This document shows positions 1 to 10,139 of a stretch of 64,000 nt of DNA, one piece after another. Made by a program: the position numbers and the translations under genes. The notes beneath the pieces are model-generated. The model did no database searches. It was given only the letters and a program-made list of their open reading frames with translations, and was not told where the DNA came from. Origin of the DNA: an uncultured delta proteobacterium (GTDB lineage Bacteria > Desulfobacterota > DSM-4660 > Desulfatiglandales > HGW-15); assembly GCA_963815145.1 (NCBI GenBank), contig CAWFFS010000027.1, positions 52,737-116,736 of the forward strand, read 5' to 3'. Numbering within the stretch: position 1 is the stretch's first letter; each line of letters opens with the position of its first letter.

Positions 1-8
1 GCCATACG

Positions 9-896
9 CTATTTATATTCTGGCCAATCAAGTGTATCATCAGCATCCAGACCCCAGGATTTAAACGACTGTCTATAAAAATCGGGTCTTGGAAAATCCG
101 GTCGAATAAAGGGATGATGATGACGATAGGAAAAATATCCTTTCTCACCTTTCCTCAAACTGGTAATCATGGTCTCCATTTTGGCAGCCGGGACAGCGAA
201 CATCATCTCGTCTTCCGTACCCACTCCCCTTTCCAACTCTCCGGGATCAGGCAGTACAACCCAGTATTTACCGTCCTGTATGGGATTGACCACGCTATAA
301 GAACAGGAAGGGGGAAGGTAACGGCTGTTTATTTGAGAGCTTTCCTTTCTGTCCATGGACATAATAAGTGCCCTCAGCTGGGCGTTGTTGGACCAGATGA
401 TAACCACATCAGGTATAAAACTCGCGTTTTTCAACGGGGCGGTGACAATACCTGCATATTTTCCATAGGGAAAGCAGTCATAGCCCTCGCTCTGCTGATT
501 CGGCGGAACATTTCCATAGGCAAGGGGGGCGGCCGTACACCAGTGATCCTCCTTCAGCATGGCGACCGTGATTCCGTTCCTGCGAGACAGAGCAAAGGCC
601 TGACACTGGGCATAATGTTCCCCACGGTCCTTTTTTGGTCTGAACGCTCCTTCAGGAATATCGGATTCACTTTTCAGCATCTTGGCGGCAATGGGAGATG
701 TTCGAAGCATCAGGTGATACTCGAGATCTTCTCCGTATTTATTGAATTTTCCTAAAGGTGTCATAGTTTTTCCCTCCTGTTGTTTAGATGTGGCTTCGTT
801 TTTAGTTGCAGAATTTGCAAGGCTGGATACCCCTAAAACTGCAGCACCAGCTCCTACCAGTCCCAATGCTTCACGTCGAGTGTATTTGTTTCCCAT
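9..896 (-). CDS. DUF169-family protein with twin-arginine (Tat)-like leader
   Basis: N-term TRREALGLVGAGAAVLG; DUF169-like motifs LRTSPIAAK, AQCQAFALSRR, HWC, PDVVIIW, SCSYSVV, PDPGE; RBS GGAGG. Confidence 0.7.
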   Translation of the reverse strand: MGNKYTRREALGLVGAGAAVLGVSSLANSATKNEATSKQQEGKTMTPLGKFNKYGEDLEYHLMLRTSPIAAKMLKSESDIPEGAFRPKKDRGEHYAQCQAFALSRRNGITVAMLKEDHWCTAAPLAYGNVPPNQQSEGYDCFPYGKYAGIVTAPLKNASFIPDVVIIWSNNAQLRALIMSMDRKESSQINSRYLPPSCSYSVVNPIQDGKYWVVLPDPGELERGVGTEDEMMFAVPAAKMETMITSLRKGEKGYFSYRHHHPFIRPDFPRPDFYRQSFKSWGLDADDTLDWPEYK

Positions 897-933
897 GGAA
901 AAATCCTCCTTTAAAAAGATTTAGATTGGTTTT

Positions 934-984
934 CTCGTTCCTACGGTCCCCGTGGGAACGCATGCTTTCATACGCTCTGCGTTT
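934..984. repeat. REP-like palindromic element
   Basis: CGTTCCTACGGTCCCCGTGGGAACG hairpin in intergenic space. Confidence 0.55.
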
Positions 985-1074
985 AAGGCGTGTCAGGTCT
1001 TGATTTTATTAAAAACCCCTAACAGCCTTCAGACTAAACAGCTTCAGCCTAATTACATAAACGACGGACCAGAC

Positions 1075-2676
1075 CTATTTCACAAAGGCCTCGCCCTCAG
1101 GAGTCCTTCGCCATGCAAAATACTGATCCATGACCTTAAGCGAATCTGCGCTGGGGACCGGCCCGGTGTGAGGCGTCCGGGAGAAGTACATCAGCACAGG
1201 GTTGGCGTCGCTGAAGGCGGGCCACTCCGGGAGGCCTGAGCCGTTCGGATCTCCGAATTTGGCGAAGTTCGTCCAGTAGACGGCCATGGCCTCCGAAATT
1301 GCCTTGTCTGACCTGGTGACCTGCTGATTCGGATTCATGTTCTGAAATACATAGGACACTTCCTGCCCGTGTGGCGATCCCTGCCCTGCCTTAGGTGAAT
1401 CGGCAGGATAATCCGGGTGCTGATCAAAGTAATAGTAAAACACCCTGGATTTGCCTGTCTTCGACTGTAACCGCGCCCAGATCCAGGTTTGCCATCCGAA
1501 GGCTGCATCGCGCATCAGGTCGCGTGCGGTTTTAGCCACAGTACCTGTGCCCGGGGGATAGGCCGCGATGAGTTTATCGGCGAATGGGCCAAAGCGCGAC
1601 TTCACGCTGGCAATATAATCCTCCGGGGTCCGCGCCGGAGAGAAGCTCAGGCCCTCGTCGGAATTGTAGCCTATCAAAACCGGAACATCGTTGTACCGTT
1701 TCGCTTCGTAGAGCTTGTATTGATCGTCCGGGATCACCCACCCATCGATGATCGGCCAATTGCTCAGACCGGGCGGCCCGCCGCCACGAACGGCCTGCCC
1801 GCGTCCTCCGCCGGAAAGCTTATCGGGAGAGAGCTTACGCGCTTCAGCGATGGATGCCACACCGGCTGCTTTGAGAGTTGCTTCGCCGGAGCGTTCCGCG
1901 TCAGCCAGCCGTTTCATGTTTTCTCCAGGCAATGTTGCCGGCCTCGGGGGGCCGAAAGACCCGCCGCTTTCGGAGATTGCCCCGTGGAAAAGCCCTTTGG
2001 CCAGCGGCGACGCACACAACATACTGACTGCAATTCCTCCTGCCGACTCGCCGAATATAGTTACATGATCGGGATCGCCTCCGAAGGCGGCGATGTTTTT
2101 CTGTATCCACTTGAGACTGGCGATCATGTCCAGCAGGCCGTAGTTACCGGATACATGGTTTACAGTTTCAGCGCTTAATTCCGGGTGAACAAAGAATCCC
2201 ATTTGCCCCACACGGTAGGAGATACTCACCAGCACCACCCCCTTTTTAGCCAGATTCTTTCCGTCGAAGGTGGGAGAGGATGTTGCTCCGGCTGCGAATC
2301 CGCCTCCATAGATCCACACAAAAACCGGAACACGATCCTGAGGCGATTTTGCAGGACTCCAGATATTCAAATACAGGCAGTCCTCGCAGGGAACCGGGCC
2401 GCTGCCGGCTGGACCCATCATCATGCCCTGTACACAGGCAGGAGCGAACTCGACGGTATCTTTCACACCATCCCATTTCACCACCGGCTGAGGAGCGCGC
2501 CAACGGAGGTCACCGACCGGCGGAGCTGCGAACGGTATACCTCTGTAAACAGTCAGCCCATCCTCAATGGCTCCCTGCACCAATCCGCCCTCGACGCTGA
2601 CAGGTGCCGGCGCCTGTGCCAGGCAGAATTCTGTTGAAAGAATTACGATTAATGCGACTAGAAAAAATTTCTTCAT
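1075..2676 (-). CDS. Secreted type-B carboxylesterase (pNB esterase-like)
   Basis: Signal peptide; GIPFAAPPVGDLRW, EDCLYLNIW, YGGGF, GESAG nucleophile elbow, catalytic E (NSDEG) and H (SPHGQE). Confidence 0.93.
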   Translation of the reverse strand: MKKFFLVALIVILSTEFCLAQAPAPVSVEGGLVQGAIEDGLTVYRGIPFAAPPVGDLRWRAPQPVVKWDGVKDTVEFAPACVQGMMMGPAGSGPVPCEDCLYLNIWSPAKSPQDRVPVFVWIYGGGFAAGATSSPTFDGKNLAKKGVVLVSISYRVGQMGFFVHPELSAETVNHVSGNYGLLDMIASLKWIQKNIAAFGGDPDHVTIFGESAGGIAVSMLCASPLAKGLFHGAISESGGSFGPPRPATLPGENMKRLADAERSGEATLKAAGVASIAEARKLSPDKLSGGGRGQAVRGGGPPGLSNWPIIDGWVIPDDQYKLYEAKRYNDVPVLIGYNSDEGLSFSPARTPEDYIASVKSRFGPFADKLIAAYPPGTGTVAKTARDLMRDAAFGWQTWIWARLQSKTGKSRVFYYYFDQHPDYPADSPKAGQGSPHGQEVSYVFQNMNPNQQVTRSDKAISEAMAVYWTNFAKFGDPNGSGLPEWPAFSDANPVLMYFSRTPHTGPVPSADSLKVMDQYFAWRRTPEGEAFVK

Positions 2677-2841
2677 TTGATAGTGCCTCCCTTTACTAAA
2701 AGTCTGTTTTTTAAAACAGGTTAGGCAAAAACAGCAGTGTTCAGAAAGATAGGGACCTGATTCTTGAGAGCAAGTATATGCCGGGATTACAATAGCTTGT
2801 CAAGGCAAAATGGCAACAGGTGAAAGGACAAATCTCCGTTT

Positions 2842-2874
2842 AGCTCCTTGCATTAATGAATCAGGAACCGGATA
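2842..2874 (+). repeat. 33-bp direct repeat, second copy at 9728-9760
   Basis: AGCTCCTTGCATTAATGAATCAGGAACCGGATA vs AGCTCCTGGCATTAATGAATCAGGAACCGGATA. Confidence 0.85.
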
Positions 2875-2900
2875 GTTCAATCATTCGAAGCCCGGTAAGT

Positions 2901-2997
2901 AATTCAATTGACCCCTGAATTCCGACTTCCGGTAACTGATCGTTACCTTTGGATTTCCAGAAAGGACTGTAAGTGATTCAGGGGGCGTCAATGAATT
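2901..2997. repeat. Imperfect inverted-repeat pair with CCCC ends facing inward
   Basis: AATTCAATTGACCCCTGAAT (2901) and reverse complement AATTCATTGACGCCCCCTGAATC (to 2997). Confidence 0.7.
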
Positions 2998-3017
2998 AAT
3001 TCTAATTTCAGTTATTA

Positions 3018-3323
3018 TCATATTTTGATGGTAGCCCAGACTGTTTTCAGGTCAACTCCGAAATATTCATGGATAAGCTTATCCCGCATCCCGGCGATCT
3101 CCTTCCACGGTATTTTATTGTATCGGTTTCTTATATCATCAGGAATTTTTTTAACCGCTTCTCCGATTACTTCCAGGCAATGAATAACAGCATGTTGAGT
3201 TTTTTTATCAGCCTCAAATTCTTCATAAGATATGTCAGCAGTGAAATTAAGAATATCAGATATTGAGTCGTCAATATCATTAAGATAATCTATGATTTCT
3301 CTGCCTTTATTGTCATGAGACAT
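3018..3323 (-). CDS. HEPN/HepT (DUF86) ribonuclease toxin, C-terminus probably clipped
   Basis: RX4HXY motif RDKLIHEY; EVIGEAVKKIP, IPWKEIAGMR; stops right after VWATIKI, without the usual last helix. Confidence 0.88.
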   Translation of the reverse strand: MSHDNKGREIIDYLNDIDDSISDILNFTADISYEEFEADKKTQHAVIHCLEVIGEAVKKIPDDIRNRYNKIPWKEIAGMRDKLIHEYFGVDLKTVWATIKI

Positions 3324-3609
3324 ACTTTATCTCTTCCAGGATTCTTTTTCCTATGGCTGGCTTTAAGGCATTTTTCATAACAAGATCAACTTTTATCCCG
3401 ATGATTCTGGATAGATCATTTTCAAGCCTTATAAATTTTATCAGGCTGATCGGCTTTTTAAAATCAACAAGTATATCCAGATCACTATTTGTTTTTTGCT
3501 CACCTCTTAAATATGACCCAAATATACCTACACTATTCAGGTTGTAATCTTTTTTTAGGCTTTCCAGATTGCTTTTCAGAATTTTTTCTATGTCAGCCGA
3601 TGTCTTCAC
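3313..3609 (-). CDS. MNT nucleotidyltransferase antitoxin (MntA-like)
   Basis: GSX10DXD motif GSYLRGEQKTNSDLD; likely GTG start at 3609 after AAGGTG; overlaps the HEPN start. Confidence 0.9.
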   Translation of the reverse strand: MKTSADIEKILKSNLESLKKDYNLNSVGIFGSYLRGEQKTNSDLDILVDFKKPISLIKFIRLENDLSRIIGIKVDLVMKNALKPAIGKRILEEIKYVS

Positions 3610-3836
3610 TATATTCACCTTGTAATATAAATAAAATATGAGAATATTATTTTTACTTTTCTTTGTCAATTTCTAGACGTAACAGCATTCACTCTGTTTT
3701 CTATACAGTGTGCCCCTATCTTCATTCCCTTATTAACCTGCTATGGCGTCTTGTCACGGTGCAGCCCTGATGGAGACTGAATTAAATGGCTAAAGAGCTC
3801 TGCATTGAATATATTTAACCTGGTCCTGACGCCTTA

Positions 3837-4253
3837 TTACGGATTATTTAAAAAATCAGTCACGGATAAAACAGGAACAGGAGGATTTTTCATTTTTAAC
3901 AAATGATTATCTCCTGAAATAATTACATGTGCTTTCCCTTCAACAGCACACCAGATAAAAATATCATCCCGGGGGTCATTTTCAATAAACGGCTTTCCTT
4001 CCGGGACGAAAACCGGATGAAACCATGGCAGGATCTCAACAGAGAGCAGGTAGTCAATTTCAATATCAGTAAGGTTAAATTTTGGATAGGCCAGCACCCT
4101 CAAATATTCATCAATAATGTCTTTTGAGCATACGGGTTCAATACGTTTTTCCTTCCAGAGTGTGATGAGTTCCCCGGGTGTGCCGCTGAAAAGAAGGGCC
4201 GAGACAAGAACATTTGTATCTATAACGACCCTCTTTATTTTTTTCGGGCCCAC
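3837..4253 (-). CDS. PIN-domain toxin
   Basis: VVIDTNVLVSALL, DPRDDIF, IISGDNHLL. Confidence 0.9.
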   Translation of the reverse strand: MGPKKIKRVVIDTNVLVSALLFSGTPGELITLWKEKRIEPVCSKDIIDEYLRVLAYPKFNLTDIEIDYLLSVEILPWFHPVFVPEGKPFIENDPRDDIFIWCAVEGKAHVIISGDNHLLKMKNPPVPVLSVTDFLNNP

Positions 4254-4462
4254 TTTACCGCTTCCCCTACACTATTCTCCGAGATTCCAAGCTGTTTCAT
4301 TTTGGACCTGATCCCGTCAAGGTCAGTTTCATATACCTTGACCGGTTTCAATATGACATTCCCTTCACTGTAACTCACATCAAAATATTGCACATCCGGC
4401 AGCCTGGATATCACATCTTTTGGTATAGTGATCTGGTTTTTAGCAGTAAGTTTTGCAAGCAT
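4235..4462 (-). CDS. AbrB/MazE-family antitoxin
   Basis: AKLTAKNQITIPK swapped-hairpin motif; RBS AGGAGG; overlaps the PIN gene. Confidence 0.88.
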   Translation of the reverse strand: MLAKLTAKNQITIPKDVISRLPDVQYFDVSYSEGNVILKPVKVYETDLDGIRSKMKQLGISENSVGEAVKWARKK

Positions 4463-4622
4463 TTCTTACCTCCTTATTTTCTTACATTCTGAAAATAATA
4501 CCGATAAATAAGGTTAAAGACAAGGCAATTTATACACATTCCTGGCTGTCCATCAAAATCATTGGTTTATTTCCCATTTTTGATTGCAGTATCAAATGTT
4601 TAAGCCATTTTAACAGTAATTT

Positions 4623-4658
4623 TCCCACCTGTCCCATAAATTTATGGGACAGGTGGGA
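4623..4658. repeat. Perfect 36-bp palindrome
   Basis: TCCCACCTGTCCCATAAA|TTTATGGGACAGGTGGGA. Confidence 0.9.
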
Positions 4659-4758
4659 TATATCTTTAATAAAACTATTTAAGTAATTGAAATAACGTTA
4701 ATTTAAAGAAATTGCCTTACAGATTTCGATGGACACCTCAAGAGGTGAGGACCTGGTA

Positions 4759-4797
4759 TTTTATTGCCATTCTTAAGCACAATGGTGTCGGCATTAA
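4759..4797 (-). pseudogene. Tiny remnant of a paralog of the 12960-13736 gene
   Basis: Encodes ADTIVLKNGNK, the same peptide as in the 13736 ORF; nucleotide match to 13613-13648. Confidence 0.6.
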
Positions 4798-4887
4798 ACT
4801 TGCCCGGGATGATGAAGACCTGCCATAGCCCAAAGACGACGGCGGATTACACCCAATGTTGTTGATTTAACGAATATGCCTGTAAAA

Positions 4888-4997
4888 ATCTCCCTCCCCT
4901 GGCGGGAGGGATTAAGGGAGGGGGAGAAAACAGTAATAAGGTACCGAGTTTCTGTTTTGCCACCCTCACCCAACCTCTCCCATCAAGGGAGAGGAGC
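4888..4997. repeat. REP/BIME-like inverted element (CCCTCTCCC..GGGAGAGG type)
   Basis: CCCTCCCCTGGCGGGAGGG..GGGAGGGGG followed by inverted CCCTCACCCAACCTCTCCCATCAAGGGAGAGG. Confidence 0.7.
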
Positions 4998-5390
4998 TTA
5001 AGCGGAGGCAGACTGAAGTGAAGACATAACAGCCTTCAGACTAACAGGCTTCAGGCTGCATTTCTGAGATCCAGAATATGCTGGAAGGTTCAGAGAAAAT
5101 ACGCATACAGATTTTAGGGGGATAGATAAAGGCAGGCTGAAGGTGAACAGGCTGCCGTCGTTGTCAGGGCTCAGCCGGGCCAAGGAGGGCTTTTAGGTTT
5201 TTCTGTTTTTCCTAACAGCCTTCAGCCAAAACCGCTTCCCTGGCCCGGCGTAAACTTACTTGAAACCGGCATGCTGACTTTAAAAAAATCGTCCTTCATA
5301 TACAAAATATCAGAGCTATTGAATTATAAAACACGTTCCGCTCAATACAATCTGTCAAGAGTGAAGACCCCTTTTGTTTCATCGATTGTT

Positions 5391-6236
5391 TTACTCATCT
5401 TTCAAGGTCAACTCTTTAAAACAATCACTATCTCTTATACTATCAAAGTCTTTATCATCGCGCGCAAGATTCCGATATCTTTTTTCCAGTTTAATTGATC
5501 CTTTCAGATACTCACATGCTTCTTTCGAATGTCTTAACAGTGAATTTAAGTATGCCAAATTATAGTATATCATGGGATCAAGCGAATTAAGTGCCAATGC
5601 TTTTTTTAAATCTTTGCCTGCTTGATCAAGGTTGCTTTTTTTTATCCAGGCCAGCCCCCGGTTATGATAGGCTCTGTCACCCTCAGGATTTAACTGAATG
5701 GCCGTGTCGTAATCAGCAATAGCTCTATCATAATTACCTTTAAGGTACCAGGCCAGCCCTCTGTTGCAGAAAGCTTTATCTCCTTTAGGATTTATCTGAA
5801 TGGCCATACTGTAATCGGTAATAGCCTTGTCATAATAACCTTTGGCCTGCCAAAGCGCCCCACGGTTATTGTATGCTTTATCATATTCAGGATTTACCTG
5901 AATGGCCATGTTGAAGTCAGCAATAGCTTTATCAATATTACCTTTATAGCTCCAGGCCACTCCACGGTTATGGTATGCTTTATCATATTTAGGATTCAGC
6001 TTAATGGCCATACTGTAATCGGCAATAGCCTTGTCGTAATCACCTTCAGCCTCCCGGAGCATTCCACGATCGTAGAAGACTTTATCATTCTTAGGATTCA
6101 GCTTAATTCCTATCAGCTCTTCTTTTGCCGCTATATCTTTACTTTGCTTAAAATGATCTATTTTTGTAGTCGTGTCTGAAACATGTGCGCAACCTGCTAT
6201 GAGCAAAAAACAAATTAGAAAAGCACTGGTTTTCAC
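5391..6236 (-). CDS. TPR-repeat lipoprotein
   Basis: Lipobox LIAGC; about five 34-aa TPRs (AYxNRG..YDKAIADY..AIQLNP); GTG start with RBS AGGAG. Confidence 0.9.
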   Translation of the reverse strand: MKTSAFLICFLLIAGCAHVSDTTTKIDHFKQSKDIAAKEELIGIKLNPKNDKVFYDRGMLREAEGDYDKAIADYSMAIKLNPKYDKAYHNRGVAWSYKGNIDKAIADFNMAIQVNPEYDKAYNNRGALWQAKGYYDKAITDYSMAIQINPKGDKAFCNRGLAWYLKGNYDRAIADYDTAIQLNPEGDRAYHNRGLAWIKKSNLDQAGKDLKKALALNSLDPMIYYNLAYLNSLLRHSKEACEYLKGSIKLEKRYRNLARDDKDFDSIRDSDCFKELTLKDE

Positions 6237-6272
6237 GTTTATTCTCCTACTTTGAAATTATGGGACGTAAAC

Positions 6273-6835
6273 TTACTTGAGGCCGGCAGCCTGCTTTTTT
6301 GCTTCATTATCAATCTGAACTGTAACCGGCTCCACATCCCGACATTTCTGATCAAGCTGATGAACTATTCGCTGGACCAGGGTATCAGATAGCGGCATCT
6401 CTTTTTTGCTCTTTAAAAATGTTTTTATCTGCTTCGGGTTCAACACATTTACACCACGTGGAGGAGCCTTTCTTTCCACAAACCATCCTGGTATTGTCAA
6501 AATCGCTTCAACCTCTACCTGTTCACCAACTGCACTGGTGAGCCACTTTTGAAGATGAATGGCGTTTAGTCTTGCCTGTTTGAGAGATGAGGTATCAGAA
6601 TAATGAGGAAAGTTCATATCCTAATCGCAGGCGTCTTCGCTCATTAAGATATTTCCATAGTTTTCTAAAGGAAAACAACTCGAATAACACCATGACAGCG
6701 ATAAAATAAGTAAAATTGAAATTAAAGATAAAAACAGGGGTAAGCATGAACAAAGGAAGAATTACTATCAGGCTGAAATTGACAGTGATCTCCTCACTCA
6801 CCGATTGTATTTGTTCATTAAGTGATTATCCGGGG
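6273..6835 (-). pseudogene. NERD-domain gene remnant with internal deletion and no 5' end
   Basis: 6614-6767 identical to 12266-12419; fused out of frame to a C-terminal part similar to 11940-12046; core NERD segment is missing. Confidence 0.85.
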
Positions 6836-6946
6836 ATAAAAATCAGGTTATTTTCCCTTAACAGGAAACAGCCAGGGTGCTATAGTGAATATCCGGCAAA
6901 TCGCATGAAAAACAAATTTAAATTTTTTATTAAAAGGAGAAATAAA

Positions 6947-7357
6947 ATGGCCCGGATGACAGAGAAAATTGCTGAACTCTTTGAAAAAGTACCTACAGCA
7001 CTTCTGGCTACTGCAACTCCTGACGGGGTACCCAATGCAGTGCCCATAGGAGCAAAAAAAATTATTGATAATGAAACGATCCTTATATCAGACCAGTTTT
7101 TTAATAAAACACTGGTAAACATGAAGGCCAACCCAAAGGTTTCAGTTACATTCTGGGAGGGACATGACGGTTACCAGATAAAAGGTTCGGTGGTCATAGA
7201 AACAACAGGCAGCCGTTTTGAAGAAACCGCTAAATGGATAGAGGAAATGGGAAATAAAATAGGTGTTCCATTAAAATCCAAGGGCGCTGTTATACTCAGT
7301 ATTGATGAAATATACAACCTTACACCGGGACCTGATGCCGGAAAGCGTATTGCATAA
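6947..7357 (+). CDS. Pyridoxamine 5'-phosphate oxidase-family FMN-binding protein
   Basis: LATATPDGVPNAVP, DQFFNKTLVN, GYQIKG; true start MARMTEK at 6947 with RBS AAGGAG. Confidence 0.88.
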   Translation: MARMTEKIAELFEKVPTALLATATPDGVPNAVPIGAKKIIDNETILISDQFFNKTLVNMKANPKVSVTFWEGHDGYQIKGSVVIETTGSRFEETAKWIEEMGNKIGVPLKSKGAVILSIDEIYNLTPGPDAGKRIA

Positions 7358-7373
7358 AGAGGTTATTTTCAAA

Positions 7374-7398
7374 GGGGCAGCCTGTCAAATGCTGCCCC
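7374..7398. terminator. Hairpin between convergent genes (putative terminator)
   Basis: GGGGCAGC-loop-GCTGCCCC, with a T-run on the minus strand. Confidence 0.55.
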
Positions 7399-7486
7399 GG
7401 AATCACGCCTGTTAACTGCAATTCTTCTTGATTTGATCCAACCTATATGCTTTCATCTCCTCTTAGTAACCGACTAAACTGTTACT

Positions 7487-9394
7487 TTATTTTACATAGG
7501 GATTATATATAATATCACCCGACTTCTGATCACGGGAATAATGCCTGAAGAAATCCCAGGCGATCTTACCGTATTCAGGATAAAGGGCATGCTTCAGGTT
7601 CATTGTGTAGTTGACCGCGACCATTGGAATATTATCCTTATCATTAAGCGTCCAGGAGGTGTTGTCGTATTCACCGTTCACTTTAACCTTTATCATATAA
7701 TCGGCTTTAAAACCATTGACCGGCCAGGCCTTAAAATCGTAAGGCTCAATGGTTTCCATACCATTATAACCGAGAAAAAGGTTGAGCAGTGTCTGATATC
7801 CGACCGCGATTGTTCCATTTACCTGATCGAAAGCCCCGCCCAGATCAAAGGAAGACGTGGTGAACATTATTGGCATTCGCGCTTTCTGTAATTTAGCAGC
7901 CTCCTCGGGAGTGCCGGTGTATCCTGCCGCAGCCATAGGTACAGCAGCGGCAAATAATGAGGGTTTTCCATTAACCGCACGCAGAGTGGCTGCGCCTCCC
8001 ATGGAATAGCCGGTCACATATACGCGTGATGGATCCAGTTCGGGATAGGTTTTGAGCATGTATTCGACCAGAAGCGGAAGTGATTCTGTGAGTATTTGCC
8101 CGATACTCTGATGTTCAGGAGCAACCATGGCAAACCGTTCTGCGCCAGCCAGGGGAAGCAGACCGATTTCCTCGATAAACTGACGCGGATCGTCTCCGCC
8201 TCCATGGTTAGCGAGGATCAGAGGTACCGTTCCAGCCGGAGCTGTATGATTAAGCACCTCTTCAGGCAGATATTCAAACCAGGTCTGCAAATATTCACCG
8301 TTAGCGGTCTTCACTCTATTGAACCGGTTCTCAGAATGGCCGATTACATGAATTCCATCTTTAGTGGCATCGTTAATGACAGCATTTCTCTCACACAGCG
8401 ATAATGGAGCCTGATCCATACCATAGCCCTGATAGGGAGTTGATGCGCTGTGCAGGCCGGGTCTTCCCACAGGCACGCGCATTGCTTTAATAAACAGGTT
8501 GTAATAGGCATCATTGATGATAGCGGCTATATCCGGATTTTCCTGCCGGGTCACGACTACCTTTTTTAATGGTAATGCCTGATCAAAATAAATTTTTTGA
8601 TCAGGTGTGGCAGAATATGCGTTCGTCCGGTTGGCTTTTTTATATACCTTAATCACCGTCTCCGGCGCATTCACGAGGTATACGGGAACAAGTCCTGCCA
8701 CATTTCGACCGATTCCCATGTTGCCGTTGATCAGAAGCATTCCGGCAATCCTGCTTACATAGTCAAGTGTGCCTGCAATGTAATCGTTGAGATATGTCGC
8801 ACCCCCGTCAATACCGATGACATAGGTATATCCAAAACCGCCGAAATACTCCGCGTCACTGTACCTAATCCCGCCTCTGACCCAGGGGCCGCCCTGCCCT
8901 TCACCGGCTTTCTGTGCAAATATAGCTGTCTGCAGAGCATAATAGTATTTTTGATCATTAGCACCGAATGCCTTTCCGTCCGCAGGTGTAACGAGGATCA
9001 CGCTGCCGACAGCTTCATCGATGATCCTGATCAGTCCCAGGTCTTTAAGATATTTCTTTGCAGTATCTTTATTTTTAAAAGATTTTTCCACAAATACCAG
9101 TATATCAGTATTCAGACGGGCGGCTGCGCGTCCGCCGTAAAGGTTTGGCGACCGGTAGATGTATGTGGTCCCTTGCGGATATCCATCAAGAACCGGGTGG
9201 GATTTAAATTTTCTACCGCTGTTGCCTTCAAGGTCTGCGACAGCTATGGGGCCGTTTATGCGGGCTTCCTCCAGGGTTTCAAAAGAAGAGGAATTTTTCT
9301 GCCGCCCTGAATAGTCGAGTGCAGAAACAAGATCGGGGAAAATAATTAAAGCGAATATCAATGTTAAGATTTTCATCAATTGTTTTTTAATCAT
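7487..9394 (-). CDS. Secreted alpha/beta-hydrolase (PHB-depolymerase/esterase-like C-terminal domain)
   Basis: Signal peptide; VPLILANHGGG, DPSRVYVTGYSMGG, FAAAVPMA, HAL..AWDFF. Confidence 0.75.
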   Translation of the reverse strand: MIKKQLMKILTLIFALIIFPDLVSALDYSGRQKNSSSFETLEEARINGPIAVADLEGNSGRKFKSHPVLDGYPQGTTYIYRSPNLYGGRAAARLNTDILVFVEKSFKNKDTAKKYLKDLGLIRIIDEAVGSVILVTPADGKAFGANDQKYYYALQTAIFAQKAGEGQGGPWVRGGIRYSDAEYFGGFGYTYVIGIDGGATYLNDYIAGTLDYVSRIAGMLLINGNMGIGRNVAGLVPVYLVNAPETVIKVYKKANRTNAYSATPDQKIYFDQALPLKKVVVTRQENPDIAAIINDAYYNLFIKAMRVPVGRPGLHSASTPYQGYGMDQAPLSLCERNAVINDATKDGIHVIGHSENRFNRVKTANGEYLQTWFEYLPEEVLNHTAPAGTVPLILANHGGGDDPRQFIEEIGLLPLAGAERFAMVAPEHQSIGQILTESLPLLVEYMLKTYPELDPSRVYVTGYSMGGAATLRAVNGKPSLFAAAVPMAAAGYTGTPEEAAKLQKARMPIMFTTSSFDLGGAFDQVNGTIAVGYQTLLNLFLGYNGMETIEPYDFKAWPVNGFKADYMIKVKVNGEYDNTSWTLNDKDNIPMVAVNYTMNLKHALYPEYGKIAWDFFRHYSRDQKSGDIIYNPYVK

Positions 9395-9984
9395 GATCCT
9401 GTTCTCCTTGCTTCAGTGGTTCGTATTTATCATTTTGAATATGCAGGAAAGAGTTTGAAAATTTCGTTGATAAGAATTCCTTTTTTGAAGAATGATGTAT
9501 ATAGAGTCGGGAGCTGTGTGTCAATAGTAAACTAGCCCATTATAATTAGGGGATAATCCCATAGTCTCCTGTCAAGGTGAAAATTAATTTTTGTAATTTC
9601 AGCAGGTTGAAAGGGGCATATTTTCAGGGCATACTTCCTCTTCAGCCATAAGGCTATATAAACCGGCAAGTCTCTCGCTAAAGCAAATCCAATACCTGAT
9701 CGTTACAAATCCGGCGTATTACACTTCAGCTCCTGGCATTAATGAATCAGGAACCGGATATCAAGTCCCTAATTACGAAGTATCGAATTAATATTATTGC
9801 CAGTTTTGTATTCAAAACTAGATGTAAGATGATTTATGGCTTTGGGCAACAACCCGTGAAGTCCCCTGTGATTTTCCGTACATATTCCTAATTTATTTTC
9901 ATACTTTCATGTACGTCCAGTATTTCTACTGCTTGTCTCGGCGAAGCTTAATGCGAAGACTGAATCCGCCCTTCGCGAAAAGCT

Positions 9985-10048
9985 ACTGCTGCACAGGCCG
10001 GGGAATCCATACACAGCCCGTCATTCTCCGGCTTGACCGGAGAATCCA
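9985..10048. repeat. REP-like elements (GTCATT..GAATCC family)
   Basis: GTCATTCTCCGGCTTGACCGGAGAATCC; related copy at 27898-27922. Confidence 0.65.
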
Positions 10049-10139
10049 TTTTTTTTATTTCCAGCATTAAAATTTGCAAGAGCTAATTGGAGACCCCTTT
10101 ACCCATTGGCAACTAAATTTCTAAAGAGCGTCCCACTGC

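Noticed and set aside
114-2637. Long plus-strand ORFs opposite the DUF169 and esterase genes (and similar shadows opposite mgtA, MATE and the GRE)
   Set aside because: They are antisense shadows of real genes with no motifs or RBS.
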